Source: Patescibacteria group bacterium (GTDB lineage: Bacteria > Patescibacteriota > Patescibacteriia > SG8-24). From it: a stretch of DNA of 64,000 nucleotides. The stretch lies in contig JAQTNC010000001.1 of the NCBI GenBank assembly GCA_028714475.1, positions 86,678 through 150,677 of the forward strand. Direction: 5' to 3'. The position numbers and the translations under genes were made by a program. The first letter of the stretch is position 1; every line of letters begins with the position of its first letter. The notes beneath the pieces were generated by a model. It was given only the letters and a program-made list of their open reading frames with translations. It made no database searches and had not been told where the DNA came from. This document shows, piece by piece, positions 1-10,479 of the stretch.

Positions 1-146
1 GGCACGTTTTTTTAAGTTGAAAAGTTGGAAACTATAAAGTGGAGAGAGGGTTGGAAAGTCACAAAGTAAAAAAGTATAAAATTGAAGAAAGACGGTCAAG
101 CTTTCCACTTTACACTTTACACTTTTTCACTTTCCACTCCCCAACC

Positions 147-596
147 TCAATGCCCATGCCCGCAACTGCCACCGGAGCAACCGCCGAAATGTTCCTGCAG
201 ACGTTCGCGGATTTTGTCCGAGTCAACCTGGCCGATCTTGGTGTCGTATCCTTTCACCGCTTCCTTGAGGAACCAGTCGGCGTAAGCAGCAAACGTCTCG
301 CGACGATTCGCCCAGATGTCCTCGACGTACAGGCGCGCGGCGAAACCAACGAGCATATCAAGAATCTTGCTTAGTCGCGCCGCGTCCGCGGGCTTGAGTC
401 CGCGCCGCTTGGCCAAAGCCGCTTCGACGGCCGGTTTCATCGCCGCCTTGGTCTTCACGAACGAGTCGGAGTCATTGAGCAGCAACAAGAGCCATTGGTC
501 CTTGGTCATCTTCGCGGATTTCTTCTTGGGTTTGATAGGCATAATTTTCCGGTTAACTTGCATGGTCAGGATGACGGAAAATAGCTGCGGCGTCAA
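147..596 (-). CDS. hypothetical protein with Cys/Gly/His-rich C-terminal tail (CSGGSCGHGH); internal Met at 542 is a more likely start
   Basis: ORF track; weak GGAAA before Met19; no recognisable family. Confidence 0.4.
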   Translation of the reverse strand: MTPQLFSVILTMQVNRKIMPIKPKKKSAKMTKDQWLLLLLNDSDSFVKTKAAMKPAVEAALAKRRGLKPADAARLSKILDMLVGFAARLYVEDIWANRRETFAAYADWFLKEAVKGYDTKIGQVDSDKIRERLQEHFGGCSGGSCGHGH

Positions 597-667
597 CCTC
601 TCGCCCCGCCGTCAAAAAACAAACCCGGCCGCAAGGGCGGTCGGGCGGGCAATGACGGACGAGGCCG

Positions 668-1015
668 TCAGTCGCGCAGACGGGGGTCGCTCATGACCTC
701 GTCGATGATCTGGGTGACGTCCTCACGGATGGGGCTGGGCACGTTCATCTCGAAGAGTGTGGGAATCGCGGAGCGTTCGGTGCCGGTGAGTGGCCTCGTG
801 CGCCGGATAATCCCGTCCGTCCACTCGAACGCGTCGTGCCAACGGTTAGTGAAGGAGACGAGGGCGTTGGTGACCACCTCCACGTAAACCCAGTCCGGCG
901 ATTCGGCGTACTTCCGCTGCACGCGCGTCTTGATTTCGTTCAGCTGGCGGATGGACACCCGATTGGCATCCTGGAGGATAAAGAGCACGAGGGCGTCGAC
1001 TTCGATTGTTATCAT
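668..1015 (-). CDS. hypothetical protein, possibly KaiB-like thioredoxin fold
   Basis: Start moved to Met23 (ATG at 1015) with AAGAAAGGGAAAG SD-like sequence upstream; AIPTLFEMNVPSPIRE resembles the KaiB ATPTLAKVLPxPVRR segment. Confidence 0.45.
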   Translation of the reverse strand: MITIEVDALVLFILQDANRVSIRQLNEIKTRVQRKYAESPDWVYVEVVTNALVSFTNRWHDAFEWTDGIIRRTRPLTGTERSAIPTLFEMNVPSPIREDVTQIIDEVMSDPRLRD

Positions 1016-1142
1016 GTCTTTCCCTTTCTTGGGGAAGAGGACTCCTGGCGGGACATTACCGCCGGCGGGTGGGGCTGTCAAACGGCATCGCCCTTTTAGG
1101 TGCGTGGTACAAAAGTGCCACTCCTGGCCCCGAAATCTTGGC

Positions 1143-1172
1143 TAAAAATCGAAAACCCGCCTCGCGGCGGGT
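1143..1172 (-). terminator. rho-independent terminator downstream of eno
   Basis: minus strand CCCGCC-GCGA-GGCGGG stem followed by TTTTCGATTTTT. Confidence 0.6.
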
Positions 1173-1208
1173 CTTCTTAATAGCTAACCAACTTTATAGC
1201 CCATCAGC

Positions 1209-2474
1209 TTATCCTTCCAGCTCAATCTCCATCAGCCGGTTGTACTTCTCCAACCGCTCGCTGCGGGCGAGAGACCCGGTCTTGATGAACTCCGCGCCGA
1301 CGGCGACGGCCAGATCCGCGATGAAGGTGTCGGCCGTCTCGCCGGAACGGTGCGAGATAGCAAGCTTGTAACCGTGCTCGCGCGCGAGGGCGATGGTGTC
1401 CATCGTTTCCGAAAGCGAGCCAATCTGATTGACCTTGATGAGGATGGCGTTACCGACGCCGCGCTTGATGCCCTGGTCGAGGATTTTCGCGTTCGTGACG
1501 AAGATGTCGTCGCCAACAAGCGCCAGCTTCTTGCCGAGCTTCTTGGTGAGCGCTTCCCAATTGTCCCAGTCAAGCTCCGATAGACCGTCCTCGATGGTCA
1601 TAATCGGATACTTGGCCAGCCATTTCTCGTAGAGCCGAATCATCTCCGTGGAGGACAGCTCGCGCTTCTCGCATTTCAGCTGATAGACGCCGCGCGCCTT
1701 GTCGTAGAACTCCGAAGCGGCCACGTCCATGCCGACCATCACGTCACGCCCCGGGGCGTAGCCCGACGATTCGATGGCATCGAGGATGAGCTTGAAAGCC
1801 TCCTCGTTCGACGGCAGGCGCGGCGCGTACCCGCCCTCGTCGCCGACGCCCGTCGAAAAGCCCTTGTTCTTGAGGATTTTCCCCAACGCGTGATAGACCT
1901 CACTGCCACAACGGACGCGCTCGCGGAAGAGCTTTTGCTTCGGGATGATGATGCATTCCTGAAAATCGATGGTCCAGTCCGCATGTGCCCCGCCGTTCAG
2001 GATGTTCATCATCGGGAGCGGCATCGGCGTGCCCTTGACCGTGAGGTCGTAAGCCTGGCGAATCCACTGGTAGAGCGGCACGTCCTTGCGCGCGGCCGCG
2101 GCGCGTGCCGCCGCGAGCGACACGCCGAGGATGGCGTTCGCGCCGAGCTTGGTCTTGTTCTCCGTGCCGTCGAGGTCGAGCATGACCTCGTCCAGACGGC
2201 GCTGTTTCGTCACGTCCATGCCGCGCAGCTTGGGGGCAATAATATTGTTGACGTTGGCCACCGCCTTCAGGACGCCCTTGCCGCCGTAGCGCTTCTTGTC
2301 GCCGTCACGCAACTCCAAGGCCTCCCGCGTGCCGGTCGAGGCGCCGGACGGAACCGAAGCGGAGGCGCGGATGTCGCCTTCCAGTTCCATGTCCACCGCC
2401 ACCGTCGGGTTGCCACGGGAGTCGAGAATTTCTCTCGCCTTGATGTTCTTGATTTTTGTTCCCATAGTTTTCAT
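1209..2474 (-). CDS. eno: enolase (phosphopyruvate hydratase)
   Basis: AREILDSRGNPTV N-terminus and full-length enolase; GAGG 6-9 nt before ATG. Confidence 0.95.
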   Translation of the reverse strand: MKTMGTKIKNIKAREILDSRGNPTVAVDMELEGDIRASASVPSGASTGTREALELRDGDKKRYGGKGVLKAVANVNNIIAPKLRGMDVTKQRRLDEVMLDLDGTENKTKLGANAILGVSLAAARAAAARKDVPLYQWIRQAYDLTVKGTPMPLPMMNILNGGAHADWTIDFQECIIIPKQKLFRERVRCGSEVYHALGKILKNKGFSTGVGDEGGYAPRLPSNEEAFKLILDAIESSGYAPGRDVMVGMDVAASEFYDKARGVYQLKCEKRELSSTEMIRLYEKWLAKYPIMTIEDGLSELDWDNWEALTKKLGKKLALVGDDIFVTNAKILDQGIKRGVGNAILIKVNQIGSLSETMDTIALAREHGYKLAISHRSGETADTFIADLAVAVGAEFIKTGSLARSERLEKYNRLMEIELEG

Positions 2475-3256
2475 TCAACCTCGTAGGTTACGTTGACATC
2501 AATGACGTATTCCGAACTGCCGGGCTGGATAGTCGGGGCGGGCGCCGCGCCGCCCATGCCCATGTCCAGTGATTTGGCAGCGTATGGCGCGTTGTAGTAA
2601 GGCTCGGAGATGTTCTCGTTGAAGCTGATGACGCGTCTCAGCTTGAGGCCAACCACGTCGGAGAGCGCCTTTGCCTTCTCCTTGGCATTCTCGAGCGCCT
2701 TGACGCGCGCCTGCTGTTTGATGGCTTCCGGTTCGTCCACCGTGAACTCAATGCCGCCGACCTGGTTGACACCGAGTTGTCCGGCGCCGCCGATAATGTC
2801 ACCGATCTTGTCCAGGTTGCGGATCTTCACGCGCAAATCCTGACTGACCTGGTAGCCGCGCAGGGTTTGCTTGCCGTTGTTCCAGTCATATTGAGGCGAG
2901 ATGGAATAATTGGCCGTTTGCACGTCGGCTTTTTTCACGTCAGCGGCAGCCAACAGATCATTGAGCGCGTTCATAATGCGCGTGTTTTCCTTCTGGGCGG
3001 CCGATACCGTCGACTTCTCGATGACCGTGCCGAGCTGGATGTTGGCGATGTCCGGCTGGGTCGTGACACGTCCCTCGCCCATCATGGTGATGGTGTTGCG
3101 CTCGATCGGCACGCCGATGAACTTGTATTCGCGCGCCGCGTTCCTGGCCTTGAGCCCGAGCCAAGCGGCAAGCGAAAGAAGAACGATGCCGACGATGACG
3201 GCCATGACGACGCATTTCTTTCCGCCGCAGCAACTGGGTTTGAGTGGGTTGTCCAT
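2471..3256 (-). CDS. SIMPL/DUF541 (YggE-like) periplasmic protein with N-terminal membrane anchor
   Basis: SIMPL-like core (ISPQYDWNNGKQTLRGYQVSQDLRVKIRNLDKIGD...); start set at Met17 just before the TM helix; 4-bp overlap with the eno start. Confidence 0.75.
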   Translation of the reverse strand: MDNPLKPSCCGGKKCVVMAVIVGIVLLSLAAWLGLKARNAAREYKFIGVPIERNTITMMGEGRVTTQPDIANIQLGTVIEKSTVSAAQKENTRIMNALNDLLAAADVKKADVQTANYSISPQYDWNNGKQTLRGYQVSQDLRVKIRNLDKIGDIIGGAGQLGVNQVGGIEFTVDEPEAIKQQARVKALENAKEKAKALSDVVGLKLRRVISFNENISEPYYNAPYAAKSLDMGMGGAAPAPTIQPGSSEYVIDVNVTYEVE

Positions 3257-3431
3257 ATTGTTTCCAAATTGAATCTGTAGCGGCGAGACCCTGTCTCGCC
3301 CCACCTATATTAATGAAGGTATTTTACCACTTTTCGCCCCCGAACGCACTTCTGCGGTAAAGTTAGCCTGATTATCATACTAAAGACAGCTCCGTGACGA
3401 GAGCCGTCTTTGGCGTTTATTGGTTCGGGAT

Positions 3432-4622
3432 TCACTTCCTCATCAGCGCCTTGATGCCCGGGAGCGGCTTGCCGGAGAGGTATTCAAGCATCGCTCCCCC
3501 GCCGGTCGAGATGTGGTCAACCCACTCGGCCATGCCGGTGCGCTCGACGGCCGCGATGGTCTCGCCGCCGCCGACCACGCCGAACGCACGCCCCTTGGAG
3601 CGCGCCGCTATGATGCGGCCGAGGGCGACCGTGCCGTGGGCGAACTTCGGCACCTCAAACAAACCGAGCGGCCCGTTCCAGACGATGGTCTGCGCCGACT
3701 TGATGAAGGCCGCGTAATCGCCAATCGACAGCGCGCCGATGTCGAGGATATACTCGTTCGGCTTGACCTCGGCGACCGGGCAATACCGCGCCTTGGCCTT
3801 CTCGTCCAAGCCCGTCGCGGCCAAAACGTCGGTCGGCAAGATGAGTTTCTTGTTTTTCAATAATTGCTTCGCCAGCTTCACGTCCTCCTTGTCAATCGGC
3901 GCCTTGCCGGCCGGCAGATCCATCGCCTTGAAGAAGGCGTTGGCCATCGCGCCGCCGATGAGCACCTTGTCCGCGACCGCGAGCATCTTCTTGAGCGTCG
4001 GCAGTTTCGAGGAAATCTTCGCGCCGCCCATGAGCACGATGAACGGCTTCTTCGGTTTCTTGAGCACGCGATCGAGCGAGGCAACTTCCTTTTCGACGAG
4101 CAAGCCGGCGTAAGCGGGCAGGAAATGTGCGACGCCTTCGGTCGAGGCGTGGGCGCGATGACAGGTCGCGAAGGCATCGTTCACGTAGATGTCCGCGAGC
4201 CCTGCCAACCGCTTGGCGAACTTCTTATCGTTCTTCTCCTCTTGCGGGTAATAACGGATGTTCTCGAGCAAGGCGAGTTCGCCGGCACCCAGCTTTGCCA
4301 ACCGCTTTTCAACCTTCTCGCCGTCCTCGAGGCAATCATCAACAAACAGCACCTTCTTGCCCAGAAGTTTGGTGAGATGCTTGGCTACCGGCGCGAGCGA
4401 ATACTTCTCCTCGCATTTCTTTGGCCGGCCAAGGTGCGAGACGGCGATGACTTTCGCGCCGGCTTTCAGAAGATGCTCGATGGTCGGGAGCGAGGCGCGG
4501 ATTTTCGCGTCCTCCTCCGGCCCAATCTTGCCGCCCTTGCCGAGCGGGATGTTGAAATCAACGCGCAGGAGCACGCGCTTGTTCTTGAGGCTTTTCAGCT
4601 TGGCGATGGTGTTGAGAACCAT
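3432..4622 (-). CDS. pgk: phosphoglycerate kinase
   Basis: RVDFNIPL, GRPKK and full-length PGK. Confidence 0.95.
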   Translation of the reverse strand: MVLNTIAKLKSLKNKRVLLRVDFNIPLGKGGKIGPEEDAKIRASLPTIEHLLKAGAKVIAVSHLGRPKKCEEKYSLAPVAKHLTKLLGKKVLFVDDCLEDGEKVEKRLAKLGAGELALLENIRYYPQEEKNDKKFAKRLAGLADIYVNDAFATCHRAHASTEGVAHFLPAYAGLLVEKEVASLDRVLKKPKKPFIVLMGGAKISSKLPTLKKMLAVADKVLIGGAMANAFFKAMDLPAGKAPIDKEDVKLAKQLLKNKKLILPTDVLAATGLDEKAKARYCPVAEVKPNEYILDIGALSIGDYAAFIKSAQTIVWNGPLGLFEVPKFAHGTVALGRIIAARSKGRAFGVVGGGETIAAVERTGMAEWVDHISTGGGAMLEYLSGKPLPGIKALMRK

Positions 4623-4689
4623 ATGATCATGATGAAGATTGATGCGGATATCTTAGCATTTTCTCAAATTGGATGCACTCGGCGTCAGC

Positions 4690-4757
4690 GCCCCTCGACT
4701 CCGCTTCGCTCCGCTCGGGTAAGAAATACGTTCTGGCCCGAGCCTGTCGAGGGGCAG
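4690..4757. repeat. palindromic intergenic repeat, family 1, copy A (full element)
   Basis: cccctcgactccgcttcgctccgctcggg - spacer - cccgagcctgtcgagggg; arms are inverted complements. Confidence 0.8.
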
Positions 4758-4826
4758 AACAACGCGGCTGTCCCGCAAGGATTGCGCAAAAACGCTTTCT
4801 TTGCTATATTGAAGCGGAAATCCCCT

Positions 4827-5348
4827 ATGAAATTCACCAAATCCGCGATTACAACCGCTTTTTTTGCCGCTATCGCCGCCGCGCCCCTTGCCGCGTCCGC
4901 CGTCTGCCCGGTCTGCACCGTGGCCGTGGGCGCCGGTCTCGGCCTCACGCGCTGGTTCGGCGTGGACGACACCGTCACCAGCCTCTGGATCGGCGCCCTC
5001 ATCGTCTCCATGACGGCCTGGACCGTGAACTGGTTGGCCGCGAAAAAACCGCGCTGGCGATTTCCGGCCGACTTCTGGGTCTGGCTCGCCGGTTACGTGG
5101 CCATGGTCTTCGTCCCGCTCTGGTACGAGGGCATCGTCGGGCATCCGCTCAACTCCCTCTGGGGCATGGACAAGGTCCTGCTCGGCTCGGCCATCGGCGG
5201 CGTGGTGTTCGGCGCCATGGCCAAGGCCTATGAAATTATGAAAGCCCGAAACGGCGGCCGCGCCCACTTCCCTTTCCAGAAGGTCGCCATGCCGGTCGCG
5301 CCGCTCTTGGCGTTGAGTTTGGTTTTTTACGTGATTACTAAACATTGA
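4827..5348 (+). CDS. hypothetical small membrane protein (signal/anchor plus 3-4 TM)
   Basis: C-terminal part of long ORF 3864..5348; ATG at 4827 follows the pgk start region; hydrophobic profile. Confidence 0.55.
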   Translation: MKFTKSAITTAFFAAIAAAPLAASAVCPVCTVAVGAGLGLTRWFGVDDTVTSLWIGALIVSMTAWTVNWLAAKKPRWRFPADFWVWLAGYVAMVFVPLWYEGIVGHPLNSLWGMDKVLLGSAIGGVVFGAMAKAYEIMKARNGGRAHFPFQKVAMPVAPLLALSLVFYVITKH

Positions 5349-5351
5349 AAT

Positions 5352-5414
5352 ACCCCTCGACTCGCTACGCTCGCTCGGGGAATATTTGTTCTTGCCCGAG
5401 CGAAGTCGAGGGCA
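5352..5414. repeat. family 1 palindromic repeat, copy B (full); its right arm supplies the GAGGG SD of the next gene
   Basis: acccctcgactcgctacgctcgctcgggg...cccgagcgaagtcgagggcaag. Confidence 0.8.
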
Positions 5415-5416
5415 AG

Positions 5417-5959
5417 ATGAAAAATATGAACGACGCCGAAAACAAGAAGCTCGACGATCTGCTCGCGCGGTTCGACAAGATGAAGGCCGACAACAAGGCC
5501 GACCTTTCCTCGGATGAGGACCTTTCCATCGCCGTCATGAACCTCGTCTCCATCGAGGAGCACCTGTTCTTCACCGGCGCGAAGATGGAACAGCCGCAGT
5601 ATTACGACCTGCTCGCCGAGGTGCGCGAGACGCGCAAGCAGCTGATGAAGAAGCTCGTGAAGAATCCCGAAGGCGAGGTCTGGTGCATCTCGAAGCACCT
5701 GCTCGCCGCGTCCATGCGCATCATGGAAGTCGGCACGAAAGCGCTCGGTGCCGGCCGCAAGGACCAGGCGCGGGAACTGTTCGAGAAGGCCTACGGCGTC
5801 TATGCCCTGTTCTGGGGGCTCAATCTCGGCGTCGTGAAGGCGGAAGGTGTGAAGGCCATCGACGACAACGCGGTCAACCGCCACGACACGGAAAAGAAGG
5901 GCCTCATGGGCAAGCTCGGCGACCTCGTGAAGAAGGCCATTGATTGCTGCATTGAATAA
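5417..5959 (+). CDS. hypothetical protein
   Basis: ATG at 5417 with GAGGG 6 nt upstream; no recognisable family. Confidence 0.5.
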   Translation: MKNMNDAENKKLDDLLARFDKMKADNKADLSSDEDLSIAVMNLVSIEEHLFFTGAKMEQPQYYDLLAEVRETRKQLMKKLVKNPEGEVWCISKHLLAASMRIMEVGTKALGAGRKDQARELFEKAYGVYALFWGLNLGVVKAEGVKAIDDNAVNRHDTEKKGLMGKLGDLVKKAIDCCIE

Positions 5960-5962
5960 GGT

Positions 5963-6025
5963 AACCCTTCGACCCTTCGACTCCGCTACGCTCCGCTCAG
6001 GGCAGGCTCCCACGCTCAGGGAATA
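5963..6025. repeat. family 1 palindromic repeat, copy C (left arm duplicated)
   Basis: cccttcgacccttcgactccgctacgctccgctcaggg...cgctcagggaata. Confidence 0.7.
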
Positions 6026-6034
6026 AAAATAATT

Positions 6035-6847
6035 ATGTTCCGCGAAGGCGCACCAAATCCCGAAATGAAGGAAACCAATCCCCTGCAGGCCAAGGTGGAC
6101 CGCGCGTTTGAGCTGGTCGCGTTGAGCGGCTTGTCCGACGAATTTCTCGACGAACGGCGCGATCAGGAGGTGTTTGAGGCGATGGAGTCGCTCTTGGCGG
6201 AACCGATAACAGCAAATTTTGGTGAAGGGTATGAATTGAGTTACGGCGAAAGCTACAGGCTGAAACACGCGGATAATGCGACCCTGGCGCGCCGCGAATC
6301 GCACAACACCAGGGGCGAGTTCGAGCCAACGGAATCCTTGATGGTGATCTGGGGCTACGAGCTGGACCTTCCCTCGGGCCGGCTCCAGATCAACTATTCG
6401 GTGTTCGGCAAAGACCGCGATTCGGACGGATGGGACAGGTGGTTGTATAAGGTGCCGGTGCTCGAAAATCAAGAAAGGGCTTTTGTCGCGTCGCCTGACG
6501 CCATCAGGAAAATCTACGAACGCCTGGAAGCGGAACACGCCGAGAGGGTCGAGAAATACGAAGCCGAGGCCGACGAATACGAAAAGGCGGCCGCCTGGGT
6601 CACGCAAAACGCCAAAAAGAAATTCCGCGCCGACGACCCCCTTCCGGACGCCCTTTCGAAGTGGCACTGGTATATCGAAGGGAAAACCTGGTCAGCTGAA
6701 TTTGACACCAGGCCAAGCCATGAGGGAGAGATTAACATCAATATCTGGAACGATCACGCGGAATCAGTTGACGACATCTGGGGTATTCCCGAACCCCTTC
6801 TGCCCGAACGCCGGTATCCGCCGAGACCGGAATCGCAGAAAAAATGA
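6035..6847 (+). CDS. hypothetical protein (acidic, Trp-rich C-terminus)
   Basis: 270-aa ORF, no recognisable family. Confidence 0.5.
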   Translation: MFREGAPNPEMKETNPLQAKVDRAFELVALSGLSDEFLDERRDQEVFEAMESLLAEPITANFGEGYELSYGESYRLKHADNATLARRESHNTRGEFEPTESLMVIWGYELDLPSGRLQINYSVFGKDRDSDGWDRWLYKVPVLENQERAFVASPDAIRKIYERLEAEHAERVEKYEAEADEYEKAAAWVTQNAKKKFRADDPLPDALSKWHWYIEGKTWSAEFDTRPSHEGEININIWNDHAESVDDIWGIPEPLLPERRYPPRPESQKK

Positions 6848-6978
6848 TTATTCACGAAAACGCCGACCGCGAGGCCGGCTTTTCATTACTAAAACGATCC
6901 GTCCCGACAGGCGGACGGATCGTTGTCCCAAGCCGAGGGCCGGCTTGGAAATGTCTGGCGAGGCCGAGCAGCGTTGGT

Positions 6979-7374
6979 TCACCACCACGGAACGATGATG
7001 ACGTCGTCGGGGCCGACCGTACTCGGCCATTGTCCCCAACTTTTTTGCCAACAGCTATAGTGGGCGCTCCAATATAGGCATTCCACTGTCTGACCCCTCA
7101 TGTAGTCAGGTTGCACGGTCTCGGCAAAGATGATGCGGTACTTCCTCCACCAGATCGGCAGGCGCCATGAACTGGTCAGCCACTGGTTGCGGCGATTTTC
7201 GGGAACCGCCCGCTTGGGTGACCGAGCCGCCAGCTCCTCCAGGCTGTGTGTGTAGTCCCTCTGCCCTTTGGGCAGCTGGATGACGCGGCCGTGGCGCATG
7301 AACGGGAACAGCACGATGCCAATGAACCAACCGATGATCCAGTCGTAGAAAGCCACTTCCCAATCTTTTTTCAT
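6979..7374 (-). CDS. hypothetical Trp-rich protein with N-terminal TM helix
   Basis: start moved to Met8 (GGAGG 8 nt upstream). Confidence 0.55.
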   Translation of the reverse strand: MKKDWEVAFYDWIIGWFIGIVLFPFMRHGRVIQLPKGQRDYTHSLEELAARSPKRAVPENRRNQWLTSSWRLPIWWRKYRIIFAETVQPDYMRGQTVECLYWSAHYSCWQKSWGQWPSTVGPDDVIIVPWW

Positions 7375-7543
7375 TTCATACCTCCGGAATTCCAACTGCG
7401 GTGTGCGGCTGGATGGACAACGGGAGACCTTGGCCCCGCCCCAGCCGTCGGCAGCCCATCAAAGATGTGCTGCCCACCGCCGAGGCGTAACCAAAGAGCC
7501 GTTGTCAAGGAACACGGCACTTTCGCATGTTTTCGGACGTTTG

Positions 7544-8464
7544 TCAATAGGTCACGTCCAGCACCGAAATCTCCGGTCGGCTGAAGAGGCGGGCGCGGGG
7601 GCCGGACTCGCCGACGCCGGGCGTGATGAAAAGTTGGGTGCGGCCGTAGCGGAACAGGCCTTGGTCGTATTCCTGACCGATGGAGATCGGCAATCGCGCA
7701 ATCGGACCGACGAGCGGCAGGCGGATCTGCCCACCGTGCGTGTGGCCGGCGATGAGCAATTGGACATTGTTGACCTCGGCCGTCCGAACCGCGTCCGGGC
7801 TGTGGGCGACGACGATGCGAAAAGCATTATCCGGCACGCCAGCGAGCGCCTTGTCCCAATCGTCGTGGCCGTATTCCATGTCGTCAATGCCGATGAGCCA
7901 GGTCTGCGGGTGATCCTCGACGACATCCGGCAGCTGAATGGCGCGATTCACGAGGGTCTTCACGCCGACCGAGCCGAGCCGCTCGCGCACCGTGACCGCG
8001 CCGACGCGATAGTCGTAATTGCCGAGCACGGCCCAAACGCCGAGCGGCGCGCGGAAGCCGCGGAATGCGGAAAAGGCCGCCGTGCCGGCTGCGGTTGTGA
8101 CCAGATCGCCGTCCAAGATGATCAAATCAGGTTGCGCGTCGTTAGTCGCGCGAACGACCTTTTCGGCCCAGGCGAGTCCCTTGTACGGGCCGAAATGCAT
8201 GTCGCTCACGATGGCAACGCGCAGATGTGCGCCGGTTTCGCCGAGCGCCACCGGATATTCCTTGACGGTCAGGAAACGCGGCGCGATGAAACTGCCATAC
8301 ACAACCGCGAGCCAGAAGACGACGGCGAGGACGGCGAAGAAAGGCCGCATGGAGCCAAGCGCCAACTTCTTCCTCTTCACCCACAACTCAACAACATAAA
8401 GTGGCACCGCCGCGATGATGACGGCGATGACCGCGTCGAATTGCCAACCAGGGAAGAGGGGCAT
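7544..8464 (-). CDS. metallophosphoesterase (calcineurin-like, YkuE-type) with N-terminal TM helices
   Basis: DMHFGP, GDLV, GNYD, GHTHGGQ motifs. Confidence 0.85.
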   Translation of the reverse strand: MPLFPGWQFDAVIAVIIAAVPLYVVELWVKRKKLALGSMRPFFAVLAVVFWLAVVYGSFIAPRFLTVKEYPVALGETGAHLRVAIVSDMHFGPYKGLAWAEKVVRATNDAQPDLIILDGDLVTTAAGTAAFSAFRGFRAPLGVWAVLGNYDYRVGAVTVRERLGSVGVKTLVNRAIQLPDVVEDHPQTWLIGIDDMEYGHDDWDKALAGVPDNAFRIVVAHSPDAVRTAEVNNVQLLIAGHTHGGQIRLPLVGPIARLPISIGQEYDQGLFRYGRTQLFITPGVGESGPRARLFSRPEISVLDVTY

Positions 8465-8471
8465 GGCTTGC

Positions 8472-8549
8472 GTAGCGGCAGGGTTTACCCCTGCACCACC
8501 ATAATTCAGACTCTTGTTACGGTGGTGGCGGGATAAACCCGCCCGCTAC
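8472..8549. repeat. family 2 REP-like hairpin (GTAGCGG...CCGCTAC), ~29-bp imperfect stem
   Basis: gtagcggcagggtttacccctgcaccacc / ggtggtggcgggataaacccgcccgctac. Confidence 0.75.
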
Positions 8550-8554
8550 AATAT

Positions 8555-9691
<1,137 letters not shown>

Positions 9692-9791
9692 CTATCATTT
9701 CGGCGGGATTTTGCCGAGGCAAACCCGAAAAACGTTATTTGCTTATGACGAGTTTATCCACAGAAACGGAAAAATGCGAGAGATTCGAAGG

Positions 9792-9819
9792 TTGACAATC
9801 GGGTCATTATCGGTAAGAT
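9792..9819 (+). promoter_or_regulatory. putative sigma70-type promoter (TTGACA-16-TAAGAT)
   Basis: seen in sequence upstream of the 9850 gene. Confidence 0.4.
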
Positions 9820-9849
9820 GAGGCCGAACAACATCAACTCAAGGAGGCA

Positions 9850-10341
9850 GTGTTGGCCAATAAAAAGAGCCGACCGAGCCCTCCTGGGGCGAAGTCGAAA
9901 AGCAAGAAATGCAAGCGGTCTGACCACACCAAAGAGAAGGCGGAGAAAAAGAAGCCCTCTCCCGGGCGTCGGAAGTATAAGTACGCGCCGGTCTGGGCGC
10001 AAAACGCTTCCAAGCGGCCGAAAAAATGCCGGGGTCATTTCCATGCGTACGGGTGCAGGCCCACAAGGCCGCGCTGTAGAATCATGCGTGAAATGGCTAA
10101 AAGGCTCGGCCTCTACGAAACCTGTTCTTGCGGCGCCTACCACTACGATCATCGCCGGGGTTCAGGCGATTGTGGCCATCCGGAGCGCATCTGGGCGCGC
10201 CGGCTGATTGAAGACATGGCTTTTGCCGAAAGACAGAACGTGATCCTCTCGGAGATGCTGGAGCGCGGTTGTCTCCGGGACGCGGACGAGTCAGGCTTTT
10301 TTCCTGACTTCACGGTGTTAGATCCCGACATCCCCTTCTGA
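9850..10341 (+). CDS. hypothetical Lys-rich basic protein with Cys/His-rich C-terminal half (possible zinc-binding)
   Basis: AAGGAGG just upstream (GTG 9850 or TTG 9853 start); promoter upstream; hairpin terminator right after the stop. Confidence 0.55.
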   Translation: MLANKKSRPSPPGAKSKSKKCKRSDHTKEKAEKKKPSPGRRKYKYAPVWAQNASKRPKKCRGHFHAYGCRPTRPRCRIMREMAKRLGLYETCSCGAYHYDHRRGSGDCGHPERIWARRLIEDMAFAERQNVILSEMLERGCLRDADESGFFPDFTVLDPDIPF

Positions 10342-10342
10342 C

Positions 10343-10381
10343 GAAGCCGTTCGCACACTGCGAACGGCTTCAGCTTTTGTT
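10343..10381 (+). terminator. rho-independent terminator
   Basis: gaagccgttcgc-acac-tgcgaacggcttc followed by agcttttgtt. Confidence 0.7.
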
Positions 10382-10479
10382 CATGGGGCACACACTAAAA
10401 CTCCCCGGCAGTTTTTGAAGAAATACGAAACATAAGAGGGGCGAGCGCCAGACGGCACTCACCCCTCATGTTCGAAGCG

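Noticed and set aside
4653-5345. 230-aa minus-strand ORF
   Set aside because: Antisense to the 4827 membrane-protein gene; Arg/Gly-rich GC-frame artefact.
3864-5348. 494-aa plus-strand ORF spanning the pgk region
   Set aside because: Its N-terminal two thirds are antisense to pgk with Arg/Leu-rich junk composition. Only the C-terminal 173 aa (4827..5348) are kept as a membrane protein.
7403-8536. 377-aa plus-strand ORF
   Set aside because: Antisense to the well-supported metallophosphoesterase; Arg/Asp-rich low-complexity translation.
10405-10428. Motif AAAACTCCCCGGCAGTTTTTG resembling 63972-63996 (AAAACTACCCGGCAGTTTTGG)
   Set aside because: Only two copies in unrelated contexts (downstream of one gene, upstream of another); could be chance in GC-rich sequence.
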